Of a stretch of 64,000 bases of DNA, positions 39,901-54,224 are shown one piece after another (positions within the stretch are counted from its first letter, which is position 1; the number at the start of each line of letters is the position of its first letter). Where the stretch lies: positions 391,266 to 455,265 of the forward strand of contig MNCI01001177.1 in the NCBI GenBank assembly GCA_015680685.1, read 5' to 3'. The notes beneath the pieces were generated by a model that made no database searches, was not told the DNA's origin, and saw only the letters and a list, made by a program, of their open reading frames with translations. A program made the position numbers and the translations under genes. Source of the DNA: Gnetum montanum. Lineage: Eukaryota; Plantae; Gnetophyta.

Positions 39901-42185
39901 ACCGTCTTATGGTCATGCATGCCATAGTGGGTCAACTTCTTATCACATGACCACATCTTATAACATGCCCCACTATTCCTGCTTTAATCAAGTGTGTGAA
40001 CCCCAATTTGGGTACATTCTTGCTACCACACCAAAAGACACCTAGTGGTTTGGATATGACCAGACCCCAATATTTCCAACATGCATGGATCCAAACTTTC
40101 CATTTATTAATTCTTGCCATGATCAAAGGTTTAGTAATGGGGAATACCCCCCATTCTAACAAGTAGAATTAGTAAATGTTTTTCCTTTTCTTTGGTTTTA
40201 CAATTTTTTATTTTTCAATTTCTTTTTGTTTTCTAACTTTTCATTTTTTTTAATTTTTTTGTTTTATCTTTTTGTTAGTAATCTCATCTATGAATAAAAT
40301 ACTCATGTAACCCATCGATTGAGGTTTTATTCTATGCTATCGAGCCACAAGTGACTAATTATTTGGATAGTGAGCCCACAACATCCATCCATCCATTCTA
40401 TTAATAAGAGGTTCTTACTCTGGGGATGATAATATTCTTGTTATCATCAAAAATTAAAATAACTTTATACTTATTATGCCCAGAGCGAAGAGTGATGAAC
40501 TAAGAGGAAATGGCAAGGGTGTCACATTAAGGGGACTTGTGGATGCTCTTTGGTGAAATCTATATGTGCTATTGTGCAACTAGGTTTTACTAAGATCCTT
40601 GTAGATCTAACAAACAATCGGAGTAAAATTTGTAATAAAGGCACTCAATAAAGGAACTCAATGATTTTCTGGAGGATCCCACTAGAATGACATGTACCCA
40701 TGCTTGAAGGTTGACGGCTTCTCCAAATCACCATTGGAAAAGACCAAGTGCAAGAGCGGCCAGAAGAAGAAGAAAGCGAAAGAGAAAAACAAAGAAGAGA
40801 AACAAAAAAAATCTCAAGAAAAACATGTTGCAGACAAATTCGAATCACTCCTCCCTTGCACAAAATGCCAAGTGATCGTACACCTTGCTTTCATGATGCT
40901 CTTATCGTTGTCTATCATTGGGATGAAACAATGCCATGTTACTAAATAGAGGTATGGACTTGGTTTTAATCTTGGAGCAAAAGGCTAATGGTACTTTAAT
41001 CATGCACAACACTTAGGATTCATTGTGGCCAAGGTAAGTTACCTCACTTCCTAATCTCTGCAATCCTTTTTGTAATTCATCTCACTTCACCGTCCAGGTG
41101 TTTCTAACTTGTGTCTTGTGTGGCATCGAATTCATACCTCATAGTAAAGGTACTTAACATGTATGTGTTTTCTTTCACAAGTGCATATTGCATTTAACCC
41201 TTCTAGTGCCTACAAACATTTTAAGGTAGGGTTACGCAAGGGCATGATAAGTTGGAACCTATTTTGGGGAGCATCCACTTGCGTGACTTTTGTAATTTGT
41301 ACTTGTTGCACACCACCACATCATCTTCTACCCTTTGAGTACTCCATTGTCAAATCTATTCTTTTCTTTATCATCATTTTAATTTCATGTTTCTTAAAAC
41401 CATTACATGTCCTTTCTCCCCACCCTTTTCAAAGAACTTCATTGTATAACTCCACTCCATTACACTTTCGATGCCTTAATTTCCACTTGACATTAACCAA
41501 AACCTTTCAAATCCTTAATTTTTGGACGTAAAAATTTGAAAAATCATCAATTTTACTCAGTACCCTATTTTGGATAGGACATGATATTGGGCACCCAATA
41601 TTGGGTCCAACACAATATCAAGCACGCGCTATCACATACGTGATATCGCATCTATAAAAACTATTTATATGGGGCCCCCACGTGCTACAAAAGTCATTTT
41701 CAACAGTAGACGTGGGGGGAGTTGTTCAAATTTTCTTTCATGATTTTTAGCGATTTGAGAGATTAAATTCAACTGTCAATATTTCGCTCATTAAGGCTCT
41801 GATTTCTTTTTCGATTAGACCTAATTAAACCTGAAGTGTTTAACTTCATCGTGGGAGAGGAGGATGGTAGAATTTGTACATCACTTTTTCGAAGTTTGCT
41901 ATCACCTGAAGGATATCATAGGGGTAAATACTCTTAGAAAATATTTAAAACTCATGCCAAACTACTTTTCTTCCTTCAACCAAATCATTTAAATTATTAT
42001 AGGAGCCACCTAAGTAGATCAAGCCCAACATTAAAACTTTTTAGGAAAAATTCCTTGAGATATTTTTAACTCTGAAATCACACTAAGTAAAGAATTGAAC
42101 CTTTATTAAAGACAATGAGTAAGGTATGAGATAATTGAATTTCTTTAAATAACCTTACTAATAATCAATCTTTGTGTGCTTATAA

Positions 42186-44990
42186 ATGGCCCCTAAATGA
42201 GGACAACAAGGAGGATCTTCTCAAGATGCAGCCAAACACCCGAGAAGAGGTAGAGGCCAAGGACCTCATGCAGAACATGTATAATAGGAGGCATAATCGT
42301 TCAACATCCATCAAGAAACCACTATCACTGCACAATCTAGTTAAGTAGAAGGTGGAGAGGTTAGGGCAAAACAAGGACAACACTTCACATTGTCCCCAGA
42401 ATGTGTTCAAGCCATTCGAGAAAGGTCCACATTTGTTGCAGTGATTATGGAACTTAATTTTGGGCCTTTTACCGAATTCGTCCTTGAACCAGTTAAGGAT
42501 CTACCCAAGGAATCTTCACTATGGCCTAATCTTCTCAAAGAGTGAAGAATGGTATTTGGGTGAAACCTATCAATTTTGGCACAATAAAGAAGAAGGTACC
42601 ATCATCAATATTGGTGGAATTTGAGTTGATTTCTCCATAAAGGCCATTGCGGAATTTCTAAATCTTCCAAATATAGTGCCTAAAGTTACTCATTTTTCCA
42701 CTCACTTTGATGCAGATGCAAGAAAGGTGTGGTTAAATAGGGTGTACAATAAAGAAGATAAGACATATGGAGAGTTAAACCTTGAAGAGAAAATTTACTT
42801 TAAAATTGGCACTGATCATATTTTTCCAACGAAGGGTTTAAATAGAATTTCTACCTATGTAGCTAGAGGAAGTGTAGTTTTGATGGGCAAGGTTGATGCT
42901 AATTTTCCCCATCTATATTTAACAAAGATATTAAGGCGGTTTGAAGAACAGAAAATAGGAAAGTTCGCACTACCCTTTCTGTGTCTAATCAAGAAGTTGT
43001 GTCGACATGCTGGAATTCTAGGGTATACTAATGACATCCTTAAAAAAGCTCAAAATGCTTCATATGCTAAATTATTTAAGCCACTAGCATTGAGAAAGGA
43101 TGTTGGCGAGACATTGGAGCATGAACAAGAATAGACAGTTGCACCCACTACACCTCAAATAGCAGGGCCTAGCCAATGTCCAAACATAAGGCTTAGCCAA
43201 CAACAAGAAGCAGGGCCTAGCACGTAGCCCACAGGCCAACAAGACTAACAACCTCCGCCACCATTGCAAGATTACCGATCGTCGATGAGACATCTCAAGG
43301 CCATCGTAGAGATAGTTAGTTGTGGAAGTAGGGATGAGACTAATCTCTTCAAGGTAATTGATGATGCTATACATCCCACCATATTAATCGATCCTACAAG
43401 GGGCAAGGTCTTAATTCAAACAAGAGAAGGGGAATCGCATTGGTTACAATAGATCTCTAGAAATGCTGCATCATTCCAAGTATAATTAGAAACTAGTGAA
43501 GGTGCCACAGTGGTGATCATGCAACACCTGGATGTAGCTGGAGTAGAAAAGGTGGTTGTAGATCACATCAAAGAATCATTTAATGTCCATGTTGTGTCAC
43601 CAATAGATTTCACAAAAGCACGTGATGCTCAAGTTCTGGCCAGTACCTCAATGACTCCTACGGAACATGAGGATGCTTTGGATTGCTTGCTACAAATAGG
43701 ACAAGTAATAACTTTCTTATTTGACATCCCTCAAGATGTCACAGTAGCATAGTCTGACCTCATTTCCAATAAAGGGAAGTTGATCATGGCTAAAGTTAGG
43801 GTCGAACACATAGAAGATGAGTTGCGAAGACTCCAAGAAAAGTTTGTTGTCCTACAAGCTGAACGGCAAGATCCATTCCAACTTGTTGCAGCCAATTAAT
43901 TAAAATCATTTAGGACAAAGCAATTAAATAAATTTTTAGTGGAGAATAAAAAGGTGGAAATGGAAAAAGAGAAGGTTAATTGGGATGCTTCAAAAGCACA
44001 AGCTCAGACATATGTACATGCGAAGGCTCTCAAGGCCTTACAAGAAGAAAATAAACTCCTTGCTGTCGAAAATCTTTGGTTAATAACAGTTGAAAAATAG
44101 AAGAATGTTCTTAAGGAAAGTTTCCAAAAAATGTGAGAACAATTAATAAGAGTCAACCAAGATATAAGTCACTTAGCTAGAGAGAACAGCTCTCAATGGA
44201 GGAGGTATGCATCATCTGGCAGAAGACAGCCATTGAAATAAGCGTGTGACAAAATAAGGCTAAGCAGCATGAAAAATTAAAGGAACACTTTTATGATCAG
44301 GTGGGGATGTCTAAGGAGATCATCGAAAAAGAGATCTATATGGCTAAGAATCACATTAATTCTTTCAGTGCTCAACACACTAATTGGTGAGCCATACTGG
44401 ATACTTATGCCTTCGTCCATCAAGAAAAATTAAAAAGTTGGGACTTGCAGATCTAAGATTTCACAAAATACATGGAGTTGGCAAATCTACGATATGACAA
44501 CTTGGCCATGTTAACAATAGGGCACCCAAGAATTAAGCTAGAGAAGCATGTAGCTACCACTTGTGCCAAATATGAGACAGAGTTTGCGAAACACAAGAAG
44601 ACATTACAAAAACTAGAGGTAATAAACTCTAAACTAGATGCGGTAAAAGCTAGCTACCAAGGCCAAAAAGGCATAGCAACAGAATTAGCTCGAAGGCTTA
44701 CAGATTATTAGGAGTTCAAAGACAAAGCTAGAGCCTATGAGGAGGAACAACGGCTATTTGTAGCATGGTATGTCAAAGCTAATCAGATGTTCCCATAACT
44801 ACCATGCCCATGGAAAGTGCCAACTCCATCAAACATTGGAACATCAACATGGATAGCACATTATCCTTGGATAGGAGAGGAAAAAATTTAAGCGCTCCTT
44901 CAAAAATATCCATTTCAGAAGCTTGGAGCACAAGATAAAGGAAAGAAGCCCATGGAGGAGCCACCACCACTAGGAACTACATCAGTTCTA
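42186..44990 (+). pseudogene. Athila env-like / putative plant transposon protein ORF with long coiled-coil C-terminus
   Basis: TIINIGGI*VDFSIKAIAEFLNLP ... FALPFLCLIKKLCRHAGI resembles Athila accessory-ORF motifs. K/E/Q-rich heptad region at 43800-44760; many stops. Confidence 0.7.
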
Positions 44991-45124
44991 AAAAATTTTA
45001 TATTTTGTGTTGGTGTCTAGATTTTGTTTTATATAGTTCCACACCTATCCATTGTTATAATCAAATGAACTTGTTCCTCATTTTTTTTGACTTGAGGATA
45101 AGTTTTTATTTAGTCGTGGGGGTA

Positions 45125-45993
45125 TGATGAATCGTGGTTTACCAGACCCTAAAATCGGATACACGATATCGAGTACATGATATCGTAGCTTGGATACGAT
45201 ATCGTATACATGATATCATGATTCCTGTGTTAGCCTATAAATATAGCACTCAAGCACACATCAAGATCATTAGAATAAGGAGTCTCTTTTGGGTCGCGTC
45301 TGTTGTTAGCTTTTAGTTAGTTTTCAGTTCTTTTCCCAAGTGCATGCCCGCAGTGTGATGCTTATAATTGTACGAAACCTTTGTTCGAGTCTGACATACT
45401 TGGACACGCACACAATCAACAATAAAGATTGAGATTACTCCATCATTGCAACATTCACTTAGCTTTTAATTTATTTTAATTATTTATTATTTATTGTTAT
45501 TTTCTTAGTTAATATTTCTTTTATTATCATTTACTATTCATGTTGTTAACGCAGAATAAGTACATCTTAATCATGAACATTTAAGTGTAACTACATAGTA
45601 ACCCAGTAGCATATCAAGTAGTGCTTTGAGTGATGTACGCTTGGTAATCCTAGAAGTAGTATACGAAGTTCAAGATGTGTACGGATGATTAGGGATGAAT
45701 GCTCATCACACTTAGGCTAGCTTAGATCTTATTTTCTATTGCTTATTAGCTTAATTAGATTATTTCTAATTGTCATTAGGAGTAGCACAGTAGTAGAAAC
45801 CACATCATACACCTCACTCTGGACTAAACCATACATGACAAAGTAAGCACTAGTCTAGGTGTGAAGATAGTGAACTGCAATCAACATATAACTATCTAGG
45901 TGCCACAACTAGTCCATCCGTGGAGTTCGACTAGATTGTGCATACACACTCATATTCGTATAGTTAAGTGTAGGGGTACCTCGCCACTCATCA
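45125..45993 (+). repeat. 3' LTR of D (869 bp)
   Basis: tgatgaatc...actcatca, preceded by the PPT and followed by TSD ACTGG. Confidence 0.95.
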
Positions 45994-46899
45994 ACTGGGA
46001 AAGCTAACTTGGAACGCAAGGGGAGAGAATACATTAAAGAGTCATCCATACATTGAAATTAGTTTGGAAAAATGTAAAATGTGTTTAGAATTTTCAAAAA
46101 AATCATGTTAAGGCTTCTATGGGTATGTAACTGTCTCCATTAAAAATTAGCAGAGCATGATAAATATTTCTCAACCAATCAAGAATGCTCTCTATGGATG
46201 GCATGAGTGATTATTTTTTATTTATGCAAAGGTTGTAGGACATTTTTTTTATTTTTTTATTTTTCATGAATTCTACATCATGCATTGACCAGAATATTGA
46301 GTGAAAATATAGATTTTTTATGACATGAATAGAAACCTAGAAATCCCTACAAAATTTGGAATAAATTAGATGCCTCATTCATTACTTCAACATGCAACTT
46401 GTTAACAAATTAACAAAATTACTAGTTGGGCTACCACCTCATTAATCATAGCCATAGTGGTCTATTTTGCAAAATTTTATACAGTATTGTCATAATGCAA
46501 AGTTTCCAAATATTTTCTCCTATAATTCTTGTACAAAATCAAAAAACTATCGTGCCACTACATCATCCTGCATTCTGAAATAAAATAGAATTGCAACTCA
46601 CCAGTATTACACAAACTTGTTTGGGTGGTCCAAGTAGTAACACTTGCCAAAAGTTAATAATCTTTTATTGTTGTTTAATTTCTTTTCTAACTACCTTATC
46701 TTAACTTTATCAAATATTTATTTCTCTTAGGGAGGCATTTCAACAGTCCTAGAAAGGCATGATATCTTATTCACATGGATGTCATCTAACTTACGATTTA
46801 TAAACCAAAAAAAATTATTACTCTTTCTATTTTACAAATGCACTATGATTTTTTTTTTCTACATATCAATAAATTTCAAACCTTATCTCATTCTCCTAA

Positions 46900-47990
46900 G
46901 TCAATGTTTAATGCCTCATCAAATAGCTCCAACACCAAGGCCTCATTTTCTTCTATATCTACTATCTTTGCTTTTTCATAGGTCCTTTGCTCTTCTTCCT
47001 CTCTTTTCTTCTTTTCTTCTTCTTCATTGATCTATCTTTCATCTTTTCTTCTTCATCTCTATCACCTTGGCTAGTGCTTCTCTTTTCACTTTTTTTTTCT
47101 TTTGTGCATTCACCTTAGCTGTAAAGCTTTGGCAAACATAAAAACATGAAAAAAGAAATACAAAAAAATCATTATAAAACATCAAAATACAAATATATTA
47201 ATAGTGAAAATCAAAAATAAAATATAACTTTTTACTAACTTACCCAATCTCTTAGCTCTCTTGGCCACTTTTGCTTCTAACTCCTCATCCAAATGGAACA
47301 AGGGAATTCCTCCTCATTCAAAACTTTCCCTTGTAATCAGCACAATCTAGTAACTCTATGAAATAACACAACATCCCATAATAAAAGCTAAATTTAATGA
47401 AGTTGTTAGAGCTTCCACCATTAACAATATTAATTTTGGCTAACTTGCTAAATAGTTTTTCATTTGGACAGATCATCCAATCATAATGAGTTCCATGGAC
47501 CATAACATTATGGATGACTATAAGCCTAATAGGATAAGAAATCCTCCAATTTTTTATCTTTCCACAAAATACTCTCTCAATAAAGAGATGATATATTTTC
47601 ACCAAATCATGATTCTCACACTTAGAAATTTGTAAGACTTGTCGTCATATTGAGTGCATTAAGTAATCACTTCCTAATTAATGGCTAACAACTTTTTATT
47701 CACCTCAACAATTAGGCCAACATTAGAAAAATCAAACTAGTGCCTCAATGAATCTCAATTCCAAGGTAAGGTGGTCTTTCTACCTTGAACCTAGAATACA
47801 AATAGTTATTATTGGCTCAAATAACATGTCACCATAGTAATCACATTTGTGAATGAGATGTTAGATGACCTTAATATAAAAAATAGGATTAATCCTTCCA
47901 TCTTCACTCACCAACCATGTTACTTGAATAAGATGCATACAATTGACTCAACTCCACATTGTAGGCATTCACAAACAATTTTCTAAGATT
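46900..47990 (-). pseudogene. Third, more distant remnant of the antisense accessory-gene family (PMD-like exon plus K/E-rich exon)
   Basis: IVIHNVMVHGTHYDW..IKFSFYYGMLCYF parallels WVMKKILTSGTKFDW..LYFTFFYVCLRRF. Minus-strand intron at ~47120-47243 (gtaagt...ttacag). Confidence 0.5.
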
Positions 47991-48120
47991 ACAAAAATAA
48001 ACTGCAAGAGTTCAACTACAGTATTGATCAAAATGATGCCAAATATGCAGTGAATGCTTGCATACTTCTAGGCAAACATAGACACTACATCAACAGAGAT
48101 GTGTTAACTCTTTTGGTTAT

Positions 48121-48961
48121 GTCAAGGGGGATGTGTTGACATAACTAAGTTATAGTAGATGCAATATAGCATCTACGATATAGCAAATGTGATATAAAAT
48201 CTATGATGTAGCAACCAACTAAGACACATCCACAGGAATGCTACAACATAGATGTGATGTCGCATCTACCATATAGCATCCACGATATCTCAGTCAAGTG
48301 ATACACTTGACAAAATGATGTTTTATCATATCCCCACAACTCAACTACCTAGCATATCAAGTTTCATCACTGTCAACTAGACTTATCTCAAAAGATACTA
48401 CATTTAAGATCAAAGAAAATCATCAAGTTTTCTCTAATACTCATCTTTTACTTTACTTATGTTTTATTGCATTGTTTTCGATTCCCTCCTTATCTTGTGT
48501 TTCATCCTCTTACTTTCTCTTTTCCTTTATTTTCTATTATAATTCTTCTATACATCTCTCATGTTACTTCATTTACTTTAACAATCTCTACTTGTTCCAT
48601 TCTACTATATTTCTTCTTATCAACACACTATGGTGAGGATATTTATTAGGGATCTACTTAATGCAAAGAGAAATGAGTATTTTACAATTTTTACTTCATT
48701 GGAGGGTGTGTTAAGCTTGAGTGGGATAAGCAAAAAATTTATTAGTATATCACCTATTTATATCATTAGAGTGTAGGATTTAGTCATGCCTTACTTCCAT
48801 GGCATAGCAACTTAACCTTGTGTCTAAGTGATGTCCTTTATTTCTTTCTTTGATTTATTATTTTTTTAATTATGAAACTTTATATTTTATCTCTCCCCTT
48901 ACATGATTCTCCATTCCTTCTCTAATTTCCGTTCCTATATATTCCCTTCTTTTCATCAACA
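48121..48961 (+). mobile_element. Possible degenerate LTR (PPT aaggggga, then tgttga ... tcaaca)
   Basis: PPT-like tract then TGTTGA at 48134, with subrepeats tagcatctacgata. Candidate ends tcaaca at ~48624 or ~48961. No partner LTR or TSD seen. Confidence 0.3.
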
Positions 48962-51900
48962 CATTAGTAAGGATTGGGTGACTTTGTTAAATTTCAATGT
49001 GTGTTGAGAGTTTGAGTGGAACAGGATGTGAAACACTATCAGTGACATCTCTTCAATTATTCTATGTGTAGGATTTAGTCATGCTCCCATTTTGTGCCAT
49101 AGCACCATCCCCATAATTAATGTAGATGATATCCCAATATTCTTCCCTTATCCCACCTCTTTCCTCTTTCGTTTCCTTTGTAGATACATCACCAAATCAT
49201 CATCCATCTTTTTCTTGATGGATCCTCCTTCAACACCTCAGCAACATTCATTACGAAAGGATAATGTTGTATCTACTTTTTAAGTATTTCCATAATCAAG
49301 ACAAGTGAAGTTTTAACAATTTTACATCTACTTAAGCTATCAAAATGTCCTCAAAATCATCATCACAAGTCATGTCTTGAGCTCTTATAGGCCCTTGAAA
49401 GGTATTCCTAATTATGATCTAGCATATTAGCATTAATTTTGACACTTCTACTGATTTTGGAAGCACAAAATCACATCATCTAGGTGATGCTGGATGACAT
49501 TGATATTAGTATCAACACAACATATCCACCACAAAACTTGTTTCCTAGTCCTAGTTTTGCCTCTGTCGCATCTTCAATCACTAATCCACATCAATTCTAA
49601 GAGGACAAGCATTAGTTTTAGTAATTCTTAAAACTTTGAGAGTCATGAGACAAGACATTTTGTCTAATTAAGACTAGGCAATGCTCATGTTAGCATCAAC
49701 ATCACTTGCTTACATCTTTCGTTTAATATGCCTTACAAACTTATCACTCAACCATAGTTTTGGGACTAATGGACCCCTCTTAATTGGCTCACATCATTCA
49801 TAAGGCATAAAACATCAATTTTGGTAGATTTGAAAGTAGTTTGAAAGGTCAAAATTGCACCCTACATCCAACTAACTCTAGGTGGCATTAACAACATCAT
49901 CACTTGTAGGGTAAAAATTCAAACTCAACATCTAGCAATACTTTTCAATACCATATGACTTCTAGCATCTTTTCAACATCATCATAGCATGTTTAACATT
50001 AGTTTAGGCATTGAAAATGGTCCTTGGAAGCCCAAAATATTGGTTGATGAGATAGTGGATGTGTTGGTGCTAACATAGATGACACCGATAGCAACATTAA
50101 CATCCTGTATCATCAATGTCATCTACCTTGCATGTACTTCAAGAGAATTTTAAGAACCCTATCCCTATAAATAATAGGCTTAAACATTAATGTCAAGCTA
50201 ATTTCTTGAGATCGAAGAGCATTATTCAAACATCAAAACATCCAAAGCATAAGTACATGTATTAACTACATTACCTATGTACTTCATAGCCACCTCAACA
50301 TACCTATAGTCCATGAGCTCACTCTTGATTTCTATGTCATTAGTATCATACATGAGCATATTGATACCATCATTAGCTTCATCAACTACAATACTAACAT
50401 CACTAAGGCCAACATCAGTGTTACCTGTAAGATAGTTCACTGAAATGACCATGTTTTGACCCTAAAACAACTCCAAAAAGCATCGACAAACTTTCCATCC
50501 ATATCTACACTAACAAGAGATTGAATTTCAATATTTAAATCCCTTATTTGCTTACAAATTAAGTTCCAATTATCAATTTAAATTCATGGTTTACATTCCA
50601 TACCATTATAGCACTTGGCCCTCCCTAGGATGCAAACTCTATTTCTCTATTTAATTAAGCATTTTTATTTACTGGAGATTGAAATTCAAACCCTCTCCCA
50701 CATATCAAGTCCTTGTTTTCTTATTTATTTTTATCCTTTTTACTCATTTATATTACTTATACTTTATCGTACATCACTCATATTTCCTTAATTCTAGTAT
50801 CAAGTTTATCAGTATTTAACTCTATCTTTGTCGATTCTAAGTTGGTCAGTAGGGTAAGTTTGTATTCAATTAGAGGTTCATGCTCCTTCATTTTGTTATC
50901 ATCAATATATCAATGATTATATCATTCTAGAGATCATTTACAACTATGAGTTAGATATTTGATATTTAATTCATGGTAGTATTTATGTAAGGTTGTGAGA
51001 AAATAATTTGGCAGGAATACAATCATTTAATTTCAAATTAAAAGTGGTGTAATCCCTTTATTATTCTACTAATTAATGGTCTTATAAATAATTGAATTAC
51101 TATATGAAGGTATTCTACTTCATCATGTTTGCTACCTCTACTATTTTGCTACAAGTATTACTAGATGTAGATATTTTAAAGAAATCTATTCTACAATATT
51201 CTAATAATACATGTTGTTTATCTTGTACTACCTATAGTAAATACAACTAACATATTCTATCTTTATTGTACATATTATTCCATCTTTTAATTTCAACTCA
51301 AAGGTAGTGTGATCCTATTCTTACTTTCCTGATTAATACTCTTTTAGATATTAGAATTACTACATATAAATATTCTATTTCATCATCTCTAATTCCTCTA
51401 CTATTTTGATAATAAAATTTAAGCTTTTTTTGTATTTGTACTTATCTTGGCCTCTCTCCAAAACTTTCTCCTTAACAAGTTCCAAGCTTATTCTAAATGT
51501 ATTATTACATTACTATTTTTAATACATGATTTTTGTAACTACAATCTTGCTTCATGGTCCAAGCCCTATTGCTAAGATTTTCATATAACCCTTTGATCGT
51601 ATTTACTAACTTTATTGACTAATTCAAATAAAATTTTAACGGTTGATATATTGATTTAACTTTTAATGATAACAAATTATCTTTTAATAAAAGTATTGCA
51701 TATCAAACTTGACTTTTTTACTTTAAATTTATCTAATAAAAACTATTTTTGAAGTTTTTCAATTTTTTTTTCATGATTCTTAATCAAGACATAGATAATA
51801 CACTACACATCCATAAAGTACTATAGTTTGTGAAATTATTTGAAAAGATATTTTCAAGTTGTCCAAGTCCATTTTTTGAACAATTATAAGTTCATTATAA

Positions 51901-54224
51901 TTAATAATATATTTACCAAATTATTAATTACCATTTTGAAGGAGAAAATTAGTGAATTTGATAGAAGAAAACATATTGCATATAGTGTCATGGATGAGTT
52001 TTAAAAAAAATACTTAATAATGAATCATATTATTACTTTTAATTTTTATATTGAGTAAATGAAGGGAAAGCAAAGTAGTACATTTGTGTACTTTGTAAAT
52101 TTTGCAAAGATAGATAATTTGGTTAGGAGAAAGAAACTATGGAAGAGACTTATTGAACTTTAAGTTGCTTAATGCTATTTAAAAACTATCTATAAAAAAA
52201 GTTCAAGTTTAAAGATCTTAAGACTAAAAAGATATAAAATTCTATAATAACATAAGAGTGAACTAGGATTCTCTTTCATTAGAGATGAAATTCTTTGGTG
52301 TATATTATTTACTAATAATATTGTGTTTGATATATCTTGAGCAAATATTGTTTCTAAAATAGAATAGTCACAAAAAGTTTTAAAATCAAAAGCCTTTAAA
52401 AAATTAATAAAGTAAGAGGATATATTAAATGTAATTTCAGTGAAAGTATAAATAGGGATAGAGTAGAAGCAATAATCTAAGATCAAAACATTGCTTGTTG
52501 TAAATAATTCTACTACTACCTAGAATCAATTCTTTAATCAAATAGTGAAATTGATGAAGATGTGAGAAATAAAATGACCATAGGATCATCAAAATGGAGA
52601 CAAACTAATAGTGTTTCATAGATTAAAAGAATTTTAATAAGACCAAAGGAAACATTACATATGATAGTAATTAGGTCTACTATTCTAAATGGTGTTAAAT
52701 GTGAGGCTATTAAAAAATAACATGGACAACAAATTAATGTGGTACAAATACAAATACCTAATGGATGTTGAGTATTATAAGAGATAAATTATATAATATA
52801 GATATTAGAAGAAGTCTTAGAGTGGTTTTTATTTAAGAAGAAGTCTTAGAGAAGATAAGCTATAAGAATAATATCTTAGATGGTTTGGTCATTTTCAAAA
52901 AAAAGTTTGAATAATGACACTCTCAAGAAAGGTTACCAAATTAAAGTTTTAGGAAAGTTATAGAGGAAGGCTAAAATAAACAAAAGAGAAAAAATAATTG
53001 AAAATTATATAAAAAATAGTATTGATGAATAAACATTTAGCTATTAATATATGGAAATGAAGAAAGAAAGTTAGTTGTAACCAATACTGTTAATGACCTC
53101 ACTTTCACTATTTGTATCTATTATTAACCAAAGAGTAATTTTAAAACTAAAAAAATATTTGTTCATTGAAAATTATCCTTCACACCTAAAGTGTAAAGAA
53201 AAATTAATACTTAGAAATGAAGCATAATAAATTTTATTTTTTAAAGACAATAGAAATTTTAAAATAGCAAAAGGAAAGTGGTATCATAACATGCTCTTTT
53301 ATTATGTGCTCTCTTATATATTGCTAAATTTTACATATATATACATTAGCCATACAAAAGAATATTTATTTATAATTTGTATAATATTCATTTGTGACCA
53401 TCCATGCAACATAGAATGCTAATTTTGCATTTATTATACTTTGGTATTATTTAGATGAACCATGGCTTCTCGAGTAAAATAAATTAAAAAAATGTTTATT
53501 TATTTTTATAATGTTTAAAATATTTTATTTTATATGATAAAAAATCTTAGCAAGCTTATTTAACTTATAAAAAATCTTTTCACACACCATCATAAAAAGT
53601 TAACAATGTGATTTCTTATTTCCCAATTCCATAGTATCATTTTAAAAATCAATTTAATGATTGTATCATTTTCCAATCATGTGTAACAAATGTAAATAAT
53701 TAAGATTATGGGCTTGAAAGATTAGAAAATGAATATTTTAAGATATTATTTACCGTAGAGTGTTGTGTAGATGTACTGTGTAGATGTACTGTATTGGGGC
53801 TAAGCCTTAGTGTAAAAAATTGGCAAGCTATTAAAAGGGTGTAAAAAATGTTTAATTCAATGCATTGAAGGTGAATGTACAAACACCTTATCATATATTA
53901 ATTTTAGAATGTAATTTACTCCCATTAGAAGCTAAAGCTCTTTGTCAATTCATCAACTATACAATCTACTAGAAACTAAGCAAAGTAGTTCTTGAAGATA
54001 CAAAAGAATAAGGATGGTATTTTCAAGGAATCTTTCATTGGAAGCAGTACAACATAATCCTAAACACATAAGTTAATTAAACAACAAGTGCTAAGAAAAA
54101 TATGGTCAAATGTAGAAGGAAAGAAAAAATTTTACTTAAGCACATTAAAGGTAATCAACTTGATTAGAAGTTTTCTATCTTAGAGCTAACATTTCATTTA
54201 GATCTTGTAACTTAATTAGCAAAC

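Larger units (their letters stand above)
25542..45993 (+). mobile_element. Element D: non-autonomous Athila-type LTR retrotransposon (gag + env-like ORF, no pol)
   Basis: TSD ACTGG at 25537-25541 and 45994-45998. LTRs tgatga...tcatca. PBS at 37691; PPT ttagtcgtggggg at 45110-45122. Confidence 0.93.

Noticed and set aside
51040-53200. ~260-bp degenerate duplication (51040/51300) and coding-like relic at 52100-53100
   Set aside because: Too decayed to assign; no motif, terminus or TSD could be supported.
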